From the IMG/VR virus record IMGVR_UViG_3300046092_000062, positions 1-64,000 of that record: DNA of 64,000 nucleotides. One strand, written 5' to 3'. Of the stretch, positions 19,881 to 29,157 are shown one piece after another. Below the pieces are notes generated by a model. That model saw nothing but the letters and a program-made list of their open reading frames with translations. It made no database searches and was not told where the DNA came from. The first letter of the stretch is position 1, and each line of letters starts with the position of its first letter. The translations under genes were made by a program, and so were the position numbers.

Positions 19881-20600
19881 ATGGCAGTAACATTAGGTGC
19901 AAGCGGCATTACATTTAGTAACGGAACAACGCAGACTTCGCGATTAAACGGTGGACTTGCGTTAAACGGTACAGACCGCGGAGATTTAATTGATATACAG
20001 TCATTTAGACAAAGCGGCACATGGACTAATCCTGGGGCCACAGTGGTACACGTTAAATTAGTTGGTGGCGGCGGCGGCGGAGCTGGTTATTGCGAAGGCG
20101 GCGGAGCTGGCTGCTATGCAGAAAACGTATTTGGCGTAAGCGGTGTGGCATCAGTTGCAGTTACAGTTGGTGGTGGTGGATCATATGCAGCATACTATAG
20201 TGCGGCCGGTAATGGTGGCACTAGCAGTTTTGGTTCTTATATGAGCGCCATTGGCGGCTACGGAGCCAATCAGCAATACAGCCACAGCGGAGGTCACGGC
20301 GGAAACAGTGCAGCTGGCCAAGCAGTTCACGTACAAGGCGGTGCAGGGTGGGGCCATACTAACAGCGTGGGCCACGGATCACTTGGCTCACTCGGCGGCG
20401 CAAGTTATTTTGGCGGAGCACAGGCACACATACGAAATCACAGTAATCTAGGATGGAACGTGCAGCACGGCATATCAACCGGTGCACCTGGATCTGGTGG
20501 GCCCGGCAACGTAACAGATTGGGGTTATAGTCACCCACGCGGGCACAGTGCCGGCGAGTACGGACAAGCTGGACTAGTTATTGTTTACTCTTATAGATAA
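19881..20600 (+). CDS. Glycine-rich adhesin-like virion protein, paralog 3
   Basis: Same motif scaffold; N-terminus MAVTLGASGITF shared with paralog 2. Confidence 0.65.
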   Translation: MAVTLGASGITFSNGTTQTSRLNGGLALNGTDRGDLIDIQSFRQSGTWTNPGATVVHVKLVGGGGGGAGYCEGGGAGCYAENVFGVSGVASVAVTVGGGGSYAAYYSAAGNGGTSSFGSYMSAIGGYGANQQYSHSGGHGGNSAAGQAVHVQGGAGWGHTNSVGHGSLGSLGGASYFGGAQAHIRNHSNLGWNVQHGISTGAPGSGGPGNVTDWGYSHPRGHSAGEYGQAGLVIVYSYR

Positions 20601-20616
20601 TCAAAAGGAAAATAAA

Positions 20617-21039
20617 ATGACATTACGAGCACTTTTACACAATACAGAACCTGGAAGAATTTGCGAAATTCGAGAAGTTGGTGACGAATTTGAAGTTCAC
20701 CCAGAATTCCAATGGGTTGACGTCCCGGATGGAACAACCTCACACGATACATACAACGAAGATGGTACTATTACCAAATTTGATATTACCAAGCTGCCTG
20801 GATTTGCTGAAACAGCATACCAAGTAGCACGTGGTATTGCATATACCTCAGTTGGCAATCAAATGGACATGCTTTTTAAAGAGCTCCAGGCTACAGGCAC
20901 GATAAGTAATAGTGGGCCCTGGGCAACACACATTGCAAACGTTAAAGCAATGATTCCAAAAGATGATCCTCAAGCGGTGCATGAGTGGAATCAACGACAT
21001 TGGGAATCAATTCAAGCAGGTATGCAGGGCAACATTTAA
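20617..21039 (+). CDS. Putative tail fibre assembly protein
   Basis: Start after AAGGA; F.VH..FQWVD.PD and Q.DML(F/W)..L...W..HI..VK..IPK pattern typical of fibre chaperones. Confidence 0.5.
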   Translation: MTLRALLHNTEPGRICEIREVGDEFEVHPEFQWVDVPDGTTSHDTYNEDGTITKFDITKLPGFAETAYQVARGIAYTSVGNQMDMLFKELQATGTISNSGPWATHIANVKAMIPKDDPQAVHEWNQRHWESIQAGMQGNI

Positions 21040-21053
21040 CCCTAAGGTGATTT

Positions 21054-22280
21054 ATGGATTTCAATAAACGGTTTTCGGTCGCACATTACGATCGATTTCA
21101 TGGTGAACACGCTGGCGTATTTTATGAAACAATGAAAAATGCGGACCCAAAGTACCTGGCAAATTTGCACGATGTGTACTTTGGGAAATTCTTCTATTAC
21201 GAATACAACGGTCAACAAAAACGCTGCGGCAACCCAATGGGCGTTGAAGCAAGCGACGAGCAAATTGATTATTTGTTTAAGCTACAAGAAGAAACCGGTG
21301 TTGAAATCAGTTTAACATTCAATACAGTTGAAGTGCCGCACGAAGTTGCTTTTGATCAGTCAGTAAGAGATCAATTTGTAGAATGGATTGGCGGCTACTA
21401 CGATCGCGGCCTGCGTAGTTGCACAATGAGCAGCGAGCATATCCTACGTATGGGTATCCTACAGCAGCGTTGTCCTGACATGCGTTGGAAAAGCACAGTG
21501 AATCAAATTGTAGCCGACGCACAGCAGTTCATTGATTACGCATACTTGGGCTACAACACCATTCTATTAGATCGCAGTTTGAATCGTAACATTCGCGAAC
21601 TAAAGCGCATCAAGAGAGCACAGGATTACTTAAACAGTCTTAACCCACAGAAGAAGTTAATGACCAGTCTGTTAGTGGCTGAGGCCTGCATCTATCACTG
21701 CCCGTTTAAGAAAGAGCATGACAGCGTTGGCGAAGTAATTGGCACTGAGTATTTTAAAAGCATTGCAGATTTAAGTTGTAATGGTTGGAGACAACATCAA
21801 GACTTTGCAGCCCTTCCACGCAGCGGAATTAATTTAGTAGCAGGGCAAGCAGATACATTTAAAGAGTTTGCAGAGCTAGTGGATATTTTTAAATATTCGG
21901 GGCGACTAACTGCTCCAATGTTTAAACCAGAAGATGCCAAATACATGAAAGCATGTTGGTACTACGACGATGTTAACAAATTTAAGCAAAGCATTAGCTT
22001 CGTGGGGAAAACTGTTTATGCAGACGACTTTAACGAAGTAATTGACAATAACGCAGGTCCGATGCACAATTGGATCCCTGGTTGGATCGACACTCGACAT
22101 ACCAAAGAAGACTTTAAAACTACCTATAAGCCGTACACAGGAATCTGGGCAACTGATCCCGGTAAACGACTGGAAAAGATTTTGCGCACATGTCGCAATC
22201 AGTGTTGGGACTGCCACGAATGTGAACGCACATTTGGTATGCAGGATGTTGATTCTGCTCTGCAAATTAGAAAGCAATAA
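21054..22280 (+). CDS. U32-family-like (Fe-S hydroxylase/'peptidase U32') protein
   Basis: Cys clusters EACIYHCPF, LSCNGW, CRNQCWDCHEC; LLDRSLNRN and FKYSGR segments resembling U32 TIM barrels. Confidence 0.5.
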   Translation: MDFNKRFSVAHYDRFHGEHAGVFYETMKNADPKYLANLHDVYFGKFFYYEYNGQQKRCGNPMGVEASDEQIDYLFKLQEETGVEISLTFNTVEVPHEVAFDQSVRDQFVEWIGGYYDRGLRSCTMSSEHILRMGILQQRCPDMRWKSTVNQIVADAQQFIDYAYLGYNTILLDRSLNRNIRELKRIKRAQDYLNSLNPQKKLMTSLLVAEACIYHCPFKKEHDSVGEVIGTEYFKSIADLSCNGWRQHQDFAALPRSGINLVAGQADTFKEFAELVDIFKYSGRLTAPMFKPEDAKYMKACWYYDDVNKFKQSISFVGKTVYADDFNEVIDNNAGPMHNWIPGWIDTRHTKEDFKTTYKPYTGIWATDPGKRLEKILRTCRNQCWDCHECERTFGMQDVDSALQIRKQ

Positions 22281-22876
22281 TGTCTGACATACAGATCTTT
22301 GATAAAATAATCCCACAAGGGTATGCAGATCAAATTGAATTTGATGTAACTAGTACCCCATTTCCGTGGCACTATATTAATGATGTCACTAACAAAAGCT
22401 ACGGCAATAATTCTGGCATGGTACATCTTGCTTATGACCTTGGCGCAAATCCGAGCGAATGGTTTCCATTTATTAAGCCGATTGTATACGCAATCACTGA
22501 AGCAGCGGGCCACACCATCGAGCAACTGTTACGCATTAGGATTGGGTACTTGAGTCAAACACTCAAAGAGGGATATGACCATAATACACCTCACGTGGAT
22601 TTCACGATGCCACACTATACTGCATGTTACTACATCAGTGATAGCGACGGGGACACAGTGATATTTGACCAGACACTTGCAGAAATACAAGAATCAAATA
22701 TCACCGAGCAGGCGCTTTATGATTTTGTGGCGAACAATAAATTCACTGTAGCACAACGTTGCAGTCCAAAGAAAGGTCGTGTTTGCGTGTTTGATGGACT
22801 TAGATTTCATGCAAGTACAAAGCCAGCAGAGCACGATAGACGATTAGTAATCACAGTAAACTACACAGCGAGATAA
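22280..22876 (+). CDS. 2OG-Fe(II) oxygenase
   Basis: PHVD (HxD), YYI.DSDGDT, FDG..FHAS, R.VI.VNY. Confidence 0.85.
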   Translation: MSDIQIFDKIIPQGYADQIEFDVTSTPFPWHYINDVTNKSYGNNSGMVHLAYDLGANPSEWFPFIKPIVYAITEAAGHTIEQLLRIRIGYLSQTLKEGYDHNTPHVDFTMPHYTACYYISDSDGDTVIFDQTLAEIQESNITEQALYDFVANNKFTVAQRCSPKKGRVCVFDGLRFHASTKPAEHDRRLVITVNYTAR

Positions 22877-22877
22877 A

Positions 22878-24500
22878 ATGCACCATAACGTAAAATCAAT
22901 TACCATCGTGGGCGGTGGATCAAGTGGATGGATGACAGCAGCAGCAATAGCTAGGCTTCTACCCAACATTAAACTAACTCTAGTTGAGAGTCCCAATATC
23001 CCTACTATTGGTGTAGGCGAAAGTACTATTGGACATATTAATCAATACCTAGCATTAATTGGTATTAAAGACGAAGACTGGATGGCAGCATGTAATGCAA
23101 CATACAAGACCAGTATCAAGTTCATTGACTTTAGAGAAAACCCAAAAGAAGAACCACACAAGTTTCATTACCCATTTGGTATCCTGGACTTTACAGATAA
23201 GCCACGCGGCCCAATGGAATGGTTTTTAGCAGCAGCCGATCGCGGCAATCTTGATCCCAGTAACTTTGCAGAGTTTTATCACGACAGTATTTTAATGACT
23301 GACAAGAATAAAATTACACGCAACGAGGATTACAAAATTCGTGGGTTTAACTTTAAAGAAGATACAGCGTACCACATGGATGCTACCTTATTCGGCGCAT
23401 GGCTCAGAGATAACCTGTGCTTACCAAGTGGTATGACTCACATTCTAGATACCGTCACTGACGTTGTGCAACGTGAAGATGGATCGATTGAAAAAGTTGG
23501 AACAGAGAACAGCGGATACCTTGAAGCAGACTTGTTTGTTGATTGTACTGGATTCAAGAGCTTGCTATTAGACCAAACTCTCAATGAGCCATTTACTAGC
23601 TTCCACGACACACTGTTAAATGATAGAGCAGTAGCTACAGTAATTCCCTACATTGACAAAGAAGCAGAAATGGAAAACTACACAAGCTGCACTGCCATTG
23701 AGTGCGGCTGGGTATGGAACATTCCATTATGGAATCGCATTGGCACAGGCTATGTTTATAGCAGCAAACATGCCACTGAAGAAGAAGCAGAAGCGCAATT
23801 CCGCAAACACCTAAAGAGCAATCGCATGATGTTTCCGGATGCAGAACGTGCAGACACATGTGAGCTAAGACATATTAAGATCAAGCACGGCGTCCATGAA
23901 CGTGCATGGGTCAAAAACGTAGTAGGTATCGGACTTGCTAACGGTTTCATTGAGCCACTGGAAAGTACAGGACTGATGCTAACGCACGAAGGGATTGTTA
24001 AATTATGCAATACTCTGTTAATGCGTAACGGCGTTGTTAGCAACTACGATGTAGATTTGTTTAACTATGGATTCCAAGAACAGATTCTAGGATTCAAAGA
24101 CTTTATCAGTCAGCACTATGCACTAAGCTGCCGCAACGATACTCCATACTGGAAAGAAGTTACAGGCGATTTAACGTATTCACGAGCAATGGGCGGGACT
24201 ATTAACTTGTCTGGGCTAGCACACGATGTACGGTCAGCGTCCGATTTGGGTATGCGTATGCACCGCACCCGAACATTTGATAACAACATGGGCGGGATTT
24301 TGTATATTGCAGCAGGACAGGGATACAATCCAGTTGAGCCAAACTACATAAGATACGAGGACACAAGACGCCACGAGTCGCCTGAACTGCGTGCCACTAT
24401 CTACGATAAATGGCTAGAGCACAAAGAAGAAGTAATGGCACACATCGAGACTTTGCCGACGCACTACCAATTCTTATACGATAACTTCTATAGCAAGTAA
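22878..24500 (+). CDS. Flavin-dependent (tryptophan) halogenase family protein
   Basis: GGGSSGWM, IGVGES, FVDCTGF, GWVWNIPL (WxWxIP), GFIEPLESTG. Confidence 0.92.
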   Translation: MHHNVKSITIVGGGSSGWMTAAAIARLLPNIKLTLVESPNIPTIGVGESTIGHINQYLALIGIKDEDWMAACNATYKTSIKFIDFRENPKEEPHKFHYPFGILDFTDKPRGPMEWFLAAADRGNLDPSNFAEFYHDSILMTDKNKITRNEDYKIRGFNFKEDTAYHMDATLFGAWLRDNLCLPSGMTHILDTVTDVVQREDGSIEKVGTENSGYLEADLFVDCTGFKSLLLDQTLNEPFTSFHDTLLNDRAVATVIPYIDKEAEMENYTSCTAIECGWVWNIPLWNRIGTGYVYSSKHATEEEAEAQFRKHLKSNRMMFPDAERADTCELRHIKIKHGVHERAWVKNVVGIGLANGFIEPLESTGLMLTHEGIVKLCNTLLMRNGVVSNYDVDLFNYGFQEQILGFKDFISQHYALSCRNDTPYWKEVTGDLTYSRAMGGTINLSGLAHDVRSASDLGMRMHRTRTFDNNMGGILYIAAGQGYNPVEPNYIRYEDTRRHESPELRATIYDKWLEHKEEVMAHIETLPTHYQFLYDNFYSK

Positions 24501-24515
24501 AGCAATAAATACGGT

Positions 24516-25253
24516 ATGAAGACAATACAACCACTATACCGTAGCACCTATGTTGATGAGCAATATATTAGAGACCGCACTGCCACTGACGGAGTGTGGA
24601 CAGAGTCTTTAACAAAACAACGCATTGAATCAACTGGGACGCAGTTTGGCACAAAGGCACTGGTAATTGGAAATGGCGAAAGCAGAGCCAAGTTTAACTT
24701 AGCAAACATTAAAAATCACAAAAATGGTGCAATATCTTTAGGAGCGTTACAGACATACGGTTGCAATGCGTTGCACCGAGAGTACACTCCGCACTTTTTG
24801 TTTGTTACTAGACCTGAAATTCTCAAAGAAGTAGTAGATAGCAACTACACAGCAGCTAATATTGTGTACGCTAATAGATCTTACGTTAATGCTGATCCAA
24901 CGCAGCTATACTACATACCACAAGACCCATGCTGGAACAGTGGAGCAATGGCAGCATATATGGCCTGTTTCGACGGCCACTCCAAAGTCTACATGGTGGG
25001 ATTTGATGGAGTAGATACCCCAACGCATAGCTACAACCTGTATCAAGATACCAATGGATATCCAGAATTAAAAGATGGATACAGCGAAGCGTTCTATATT
25101 CAGTCGATGCTGCAAGTCTTTAACACCTATCCTGATGTTGATTTTGTACGAGTCAAGCCAACTGACTCATTCAGACTTCCTGAAGAATGGAAGTGGGTAC
25201 CTAACTTACGTCAAATTGATTTTAACCAATTTGTAAACGAAGTAGATTTATAA
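24516..25253 (+). CDS. Rossmann-like transferase (DUF115/glycosyltransferase-like)
   Basis: LVIGNGESR, YGCNALHRE, NSGAMA, VYMVGFD motifs. Confidence 0.45.
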   Translation: MKTIQPLYRSTYVDEQYIRDRTATDGVWTESLTKQRIESTGTQFGTKALVIGNGESRAKFNLANIKNHKNGAISLGALQTYGCNALHREYTPHFLFVTRPEILKEVVDSNYTAANIVYANRSYVNADPTQLYYIPQDPCWNSGAMAAYMACFDGHSKVYMVGFDGVDTPTHSYNLYQDTNGYPELKDGYSEAFYIQSMLQVFNTYPDVDFVRVKPTDSFRLPEEWKWVPNLRQIDFNQFVNEVDL

Positions 25254-25670
25254 GATACTCTCTAGTGTTTTGATCTTTTCCAACACGCTTTGGAAATTAA
25301 ATGTGCGCCACACACCTGGATGCAATGGCTTAGGGTGATCCTCGATGCTAGTCCAGGCGTACCCTCTATGCTCGTGATTTAGTTCGGGCACAAACTCACG
25401 CTCTACTGTAACTAGATATGTGTGATATTCAAAGTTAGCGTTATCACTAGTAAAGTGTTCTAGCGGAATAATCTTGTTTGAATCAACTGGGCCAATCTCT
25501 TCAATGATTTCTCTACCCAGTGCTTGAATAGCAGTTTCGTCTTTTTCAACCTTACCGCCAACTAGTCCCCAATGGCCATTATGCTTGTGTCCATTGCGTA
25601 ACACAAACAAATAACGTTTTGTTTTCTGGCTGTAGAATAAAGCTCCTACGCCTACAGTATGATTGACCAT
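25248..25670 (-). CDS. NUDIX hydrolase
   Basis: Nudix box GGKVEKDETAIQALGREIIEEIG. Confidence 0.9.
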   Translation of the reverse strand: MVNHTVGVGALFYSQKTKRYLFVLRNGHKHNGHWGLVGGKVEKDETAIQALGREIIEEIGPVDSNKIIPLEHFTSDNANFEYHTYLVTVEREFVPELNHEHRGYAWTSIEDHPKPLHPGVWRTFNFQSVLEKIKTLESIL

Positions 25671-27028
25671 TCGCCTTCGTGATATACACCGTCGATGCTC
25701 TTGGTCCAGTTGCCTGCAAGCCATTTATATTGAACACCGGTAGTTAAGTTAGTAACGTATTCTAACGTAGAGTGATCGGTGCTGTCAAGACTTACGGTCC
25801 AATTGGTTCCGTTAAACTCAATAATATCGTTTGCGCTTGCAGTTAAGTTACCCCACACTGTGGTGCCTTGCCCGATGCCATCTAAGATAAGATATCGTGT
25901 GCCCGCAGTTGGTGCTAATAAATTGTTGTCATCTACGTTAACATTTCGTGGATCAATAATAGCGTCAATTGGATCTAGTGTGTTAGCTGGCGCAGTGTCT
26001 GTGTCTAGCGTAAACAATAACAAGGTATCATCGGTTGGATGATATGCAATAGTGCCCACTAGTTCAGTGGTTGCAGTTACTCCGTCAATTTCGTCGTATG
26101 CTACTGCTAACTGTAAACGAACCTGACTTGCACCATCTTTAAGACTACCGTACATGCCAATCAGTGGCTTCCAGAAATCAGCAGTGCCAATCTTATCTGT
26201 GCCGTCTGCATTAGACATTTCGTTTTTCTTTAATAGCTTTAGGGTGTTGCCAGTAAACAATACGCTATAGTGCAGCGGAGTTAGCATTTTACGTGCTAAC
26301 AAATTGCTTTCAGCCATTGCGTTCTCGTCTAAGTTACCATTGGCATCAAAAATGCTAGTGATGATCTTTTGCACAACACCAAGTTGTTTGACTTTTGCAG
26401 GACCGCTGATCCAAATTGGAATCTCAAAAGTCATTGTGCAAATATCAATTGGTTCTTCGCCACCTGTTGGCACACTTCTACTTGACCAGTTTAGGTCAGT
26501 GCGAGTGACCACAGTTAAGCTAGTCCAGTCAATGTAGTTGTCTGTGCTTTGAATTTCCATGCTGGGATTAAACAGCACACCAATTTGCTCAACCAGTTGC
26601 AGCTTTTGCTCAGTATTACTAGTCCAGATATCCAACTTCAATGTTAGCTTGTAAGGTACCGGCATCATACGCTCAACAGTGTACGCACTGTCTTGCGTAG
26701 TACCATATTCGCCAGTCATTGGGTCGTAACTCTTTTGTCGTAAGTTTAGTTTGCTAACAAAGAACGGCTCTTGCATACGGGACTGATCGTATTGCAGTCC
26801 GTTAATATAAACAGCCATTGCGGGCACAGCGTTTAAACTGTTTTCGCTATTGTTGCGTAGAATCATTGCAGCTTGTCTACTAACATCGCCGTAGACAACA
26901 GGCACACGTTGTAGCGCAGTTGCACCGTTACGGTCCTTACCAAACTCCACTTGGAAGTTGCTCATCATACGGATGAACTGTGTTACGAATCGACGGATCT
27001 GACCGTCATAAAAATATTGTTGAGCCAT
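25652..27028 (-). CDS. gp15: Tail terminator / sheath stabilizer (gp15-like)
   Basis: N-terminal QYFYDGQIRRFV.QF..MMSNFQV...VPVVYG; PVPY.L..KLDIW; EQI.VLFNP. Confidence 0.8.
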   Translation of the reverse strand: MAQQYFYDGQIRRFVTQFIRMMSNFQVEFGKDRNGATALQRVPVVYGDVSRQAAMILRNNSENSLNAVPAMAVYINGLQYDQSRMQEPFFVSKLNLRQKSYDPMTGEYGTTQDSAYTVERMMPVPYKLTLKLDIWTSNTEQKLQLVEQIGVLFNPSMEIQSTDNYIDWTSLTVVTRTDLNWSSRSVPTGGEEPIDICTMTFEIPIWISGPAKVKQLGVVQKIITSIFDANGNLDENAMAESNLLARKMLTPLHYSVLFTGNTLKLLKKNEMSNADGTDKIGTADFWKPLIGMYGSLKDGASQVRLQLAVAYDEIDGVTATTELVGTIAYHPTDDTLLLFTLDTDTAPANTLDPIDAIIDPRNVNVDDNNLLAPTAGTRYLILDGIGQGTTVWGNLTASANDIIEFNGTNWTVSLDSTDHSTLEYVTNLTTGVQYKWLAGNWTKSIDGVYHEGEWSIIL

Positions 27029-28125
27029 TAATTATCTGCCGTTGGTTTAAGGATCTTACTTAGACCCTGCAATGTAGTGTGTGTACCACCACTATGGTCA
27101 GTGTAGGTACTAGTGTCGTTAACAAAGCTGCTACGAAGAGTGTGATTCTCTGGACCATTGGTTAAGTTGGTGCGCACCGCATCTTCGATTTTAACCCAAC
27201 GACTGCCGTCAAATCTAAACAGTCTATTAGGAACATAGTCAAGGCGCAAGTAATAATCGCCCTCGTCTGGAGTACCAGGAAATGCAATTCCGGCAGCAAC
27301 AGCAATACCGTTTGGCGCTAGCCCGTCACCAGTTAAGTAACCGTGTACTTTGTCTGTTGGGGTATTGCTAGCAACATCTGGTGGAGTGTTGGATTGAATG
27401 TAAATGCCGCTAGTGTCATACCCCGAAGCCGGCACGTCAGACTCAGCTTGAGCAATAATAGCGTCATTGATGTTTTGATATTTCTGGATAGTACTCAAAA
27501 TGTCTCCCACTGGTGTAGTGGTGTTTGTCCCGCCTGGGATATTCTTAAGAATATCTTTGTACTCCTGGCTATCAGTTAGAGGGTTCAACTTAACACGCCA
27601 AATGTGTGGCCACCAAGTTGGGGTAAACCCTTCACTGCCAAATTGTGCATCACTACAAACATAAAAACGCTTTAGGGCAACGGGAGTACTTTGATCCAAA
27701 CTGTTATAGTCCATCAAGTGCATAAGTTCAAGAACGTCGCCGTTCATGATTTTTCGCCCAATGTTATCAATCATGTCGTTTAAGTGGAACGTCATAAACA
27801 GTGTGCCAGTTTGCAAGAACAAACCAAATTGGCTCAAGTCAAAACTGTTATCTGCTACTTGATACTGCCCGCGCATGTTGTATACGCTGGTATCATATTT
27901 GCGATCCCTATTTTCCAAGAACAGCAAGTCTTGAATATTCATTTCACTTTGGTTAGTGTAAACAGGCTTAGTAGCATCTGTGCTACCAGTTTGTTCAGTT
28001 GGTCCCAAGTATTTGTGCAGCAACACGCCTGTTCCGCCAATGGTGTACATTTCGCTAATTCTGCGATCCAAGAACTTGTAATCATTTGTATGCTTACCGT
28101 CTTTCCAAAGACTTAAACGTGCCAT
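27028..28125 (-). CDS. gp14: Neck protein (gp14-like head-tail connector)
   Basis: DLLFLENRDRKY, LSQFGLFL, GDVLEL, FRFDG.RW; adjacent to gp15. Confidence 0.7.
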   Translation of the reverse strand: MARLSLWKDGKHTNDYKFLDRRISEMYTIGGTGVLLHKYLGPTEQTGSTDATKPVYTNQSEMNIQDLLFLENRDRKYDTSVYNMRGQYQVADNSFDLSQFGLFLQTGTLFMTFHLNDMIDNIGRKIMNGDVLELMHLMDYNSLDQSTPVALKRFYVCSDAQFGSEGFTPTWWPHIWRVKLNPLTDSQEYKDILKNIPGGTNTTTPVGDILSTIQKYQNINDAIIAQAESDVPASGYDTSGIYIQSNTPPDVASNTPTDKVHGYLTGDGLAPNGIAVAAGIAFPGTPDEGDYYLRLDYVPNRLFRFDGSRWVKIEDAVRTNLTNGPENHTLRSSFVNDTSTYTDHSGGTHTTLQGLSKILKPTADN

Positions 28126-28153
28126 GCTATTTCCTCAATGTAGTATTTATGGT

Positions 28154-28182
28154 TTGACTCATTAACCATTTTGTTGTATAAT
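28154..28182 (+). promoter_or_regulatory. Sigma70-type early promoter
   Basis: TTGACT-N17-TATAAT, ATG 6 nt downstream. Confidence 0.85.
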
Positions 28183-28188
28183 AGCCCT

Positions 28189-28452
28189 ATGCAAGCCAAA
28201 CACCAAGCACATCACGACGAGCTAGACGCATGTCTAGTTGTATTGCAAAATACCAAAGATATTGTTGCTAAAAGCGCACTGTGGAAGTTTTACAACAATC
28301 TACGCCTAACTTGGGTTGCACTGGACAATGAAATGATTGAGTGCAGACGCCGCGGGCGGGTAACATCAAAGTACACAGAATTGGAAGTGCAGTTTGCCGA
28401 GCACTGTAAAAACTTTGAACACTGGCAGATTATGGCTGCACTTTTGTACTAA
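28189..28452 (+). CDS. Hypothetical protein (likely leaderless)
   Basis: ATG at predicted +1 of promoter; 87 aa. Confidence 0.6.
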   Translation: MQAKHQAHHDELDACLVVLQNTKDIVAKSALWKFYNNLRLTWVALDNEMIECRRRGRVTSKYTELEVQFAEHCKNFEHWQIMAALLY

Positions 28453-28453
28453 C

Positions 28454-28482
28454 TTGACCTAAAATGGTTTCGCTGCTATAAT
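28454..28482 (+). promoter_or_regulatory. Sigma70-type early promoter
   Basis: TTGACC-N17-TATAAT, ATG 6 nt downstream. Confidence 0.85.
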
Positions 28483-28488
28483 ACAGTT

Positions 28489-28920
28489 ATGGAATATAAA
28501 GTAGAGTCAAACAGCAAAACAACCCAAAAGTTTTTGGAAAGTTTGATGCCATCCTTTATCAAGCAATTGGGCTTGCAAAGTAGTACGAAAGCATTACTCG
28601 TTAAAGTAACAGCAGATACCCCAGAAGGTATGGAAGGCGCGACCCTGTTTATGGAGTTTGCGGACTGCTATCTTGTGCTAATCAAGCCCCCAAAGAAACG
28701 TATCAACAAGGTCAAGCTGATCGACTTGGCGACTACACTGGCACACGAAATGGTGCATGTGCGCCAGCTTGCTAAGGGCATGATGAAATTTTTGCCCAAC
28801 AATGCACGTATGTGGATGGGAAAGCGTTATAATAAGTCAGTAACTTATTTGAACCAGCCCTGGGAGTTGGACGCATTTTCTAAACAAGAAATTTTGGTTC
28901 GCAGAGCCATTGAGGAATAA
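28489..28920 (+). CDS. HExxH zinc-metallopeptidase-like protein
   Basis: TLAHEMVHVRQ and PWELDA motifs. Confidence 0.65.
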   Translation: MEYKVESNSKTTQKFLESLMPSFIKQLGLQSSTKALLVKVTADTPEGMEGATLFMEFADCYLVLIKPPKKRINKVKLIDLATTLAHEMVHVRQLAKGMMKFLPNNARMWMGKRYNKSVTYLNQPWELDAFSKQEILVRRAIEE

Positions 28921-29148
28921 ATGTATAAATTAATAAACAAAGCAGGAACAGAGTTAGATGGGTTTGAAACCTTAGACTCTGCTATGCAAGCTGCAAAGGC
29001 AGTGGGATTCTTTGTAACAATCAAAGGCCCTGAGTTTGAAGTATGTGGTGTGTTTGGAGTAGACACAGTTGCGGATGGCAAGTGCCCAGATGGCATCGCA
29101 TACGATTGGAACAAAGCATCGCGCATTGGCGCACCGAAACGACGTTAA
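28921..29148 (+). CDS. Hypothetical protein
   Basis: 75 aa ORF abutting upstream stop, GAGGA SD. Confidence 0.6.
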   Translation: MYKLINKAGTELDGFETLDSAMQAAKAVGFFVTIKGPEFEVCGVFGVDTVADGKCPDGIAYDWNKASRIGAPKRR

Positions 29149-29157
29149 GGAAAAGAC

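Noticed and set aside
7348-20451. Numerous minus-strand and alternate-frame ORFs over the fibre genes
   Set aside because: Shadow ORFs caused by the codon bias of G/T/A-rich repetitive proteins.
18547-20600. Diversity-generating retroelement acting on adhesin paralogs
   Set aside because: No reverse transcriptase and no template/variable repeat pair differing only at adenines in the window.
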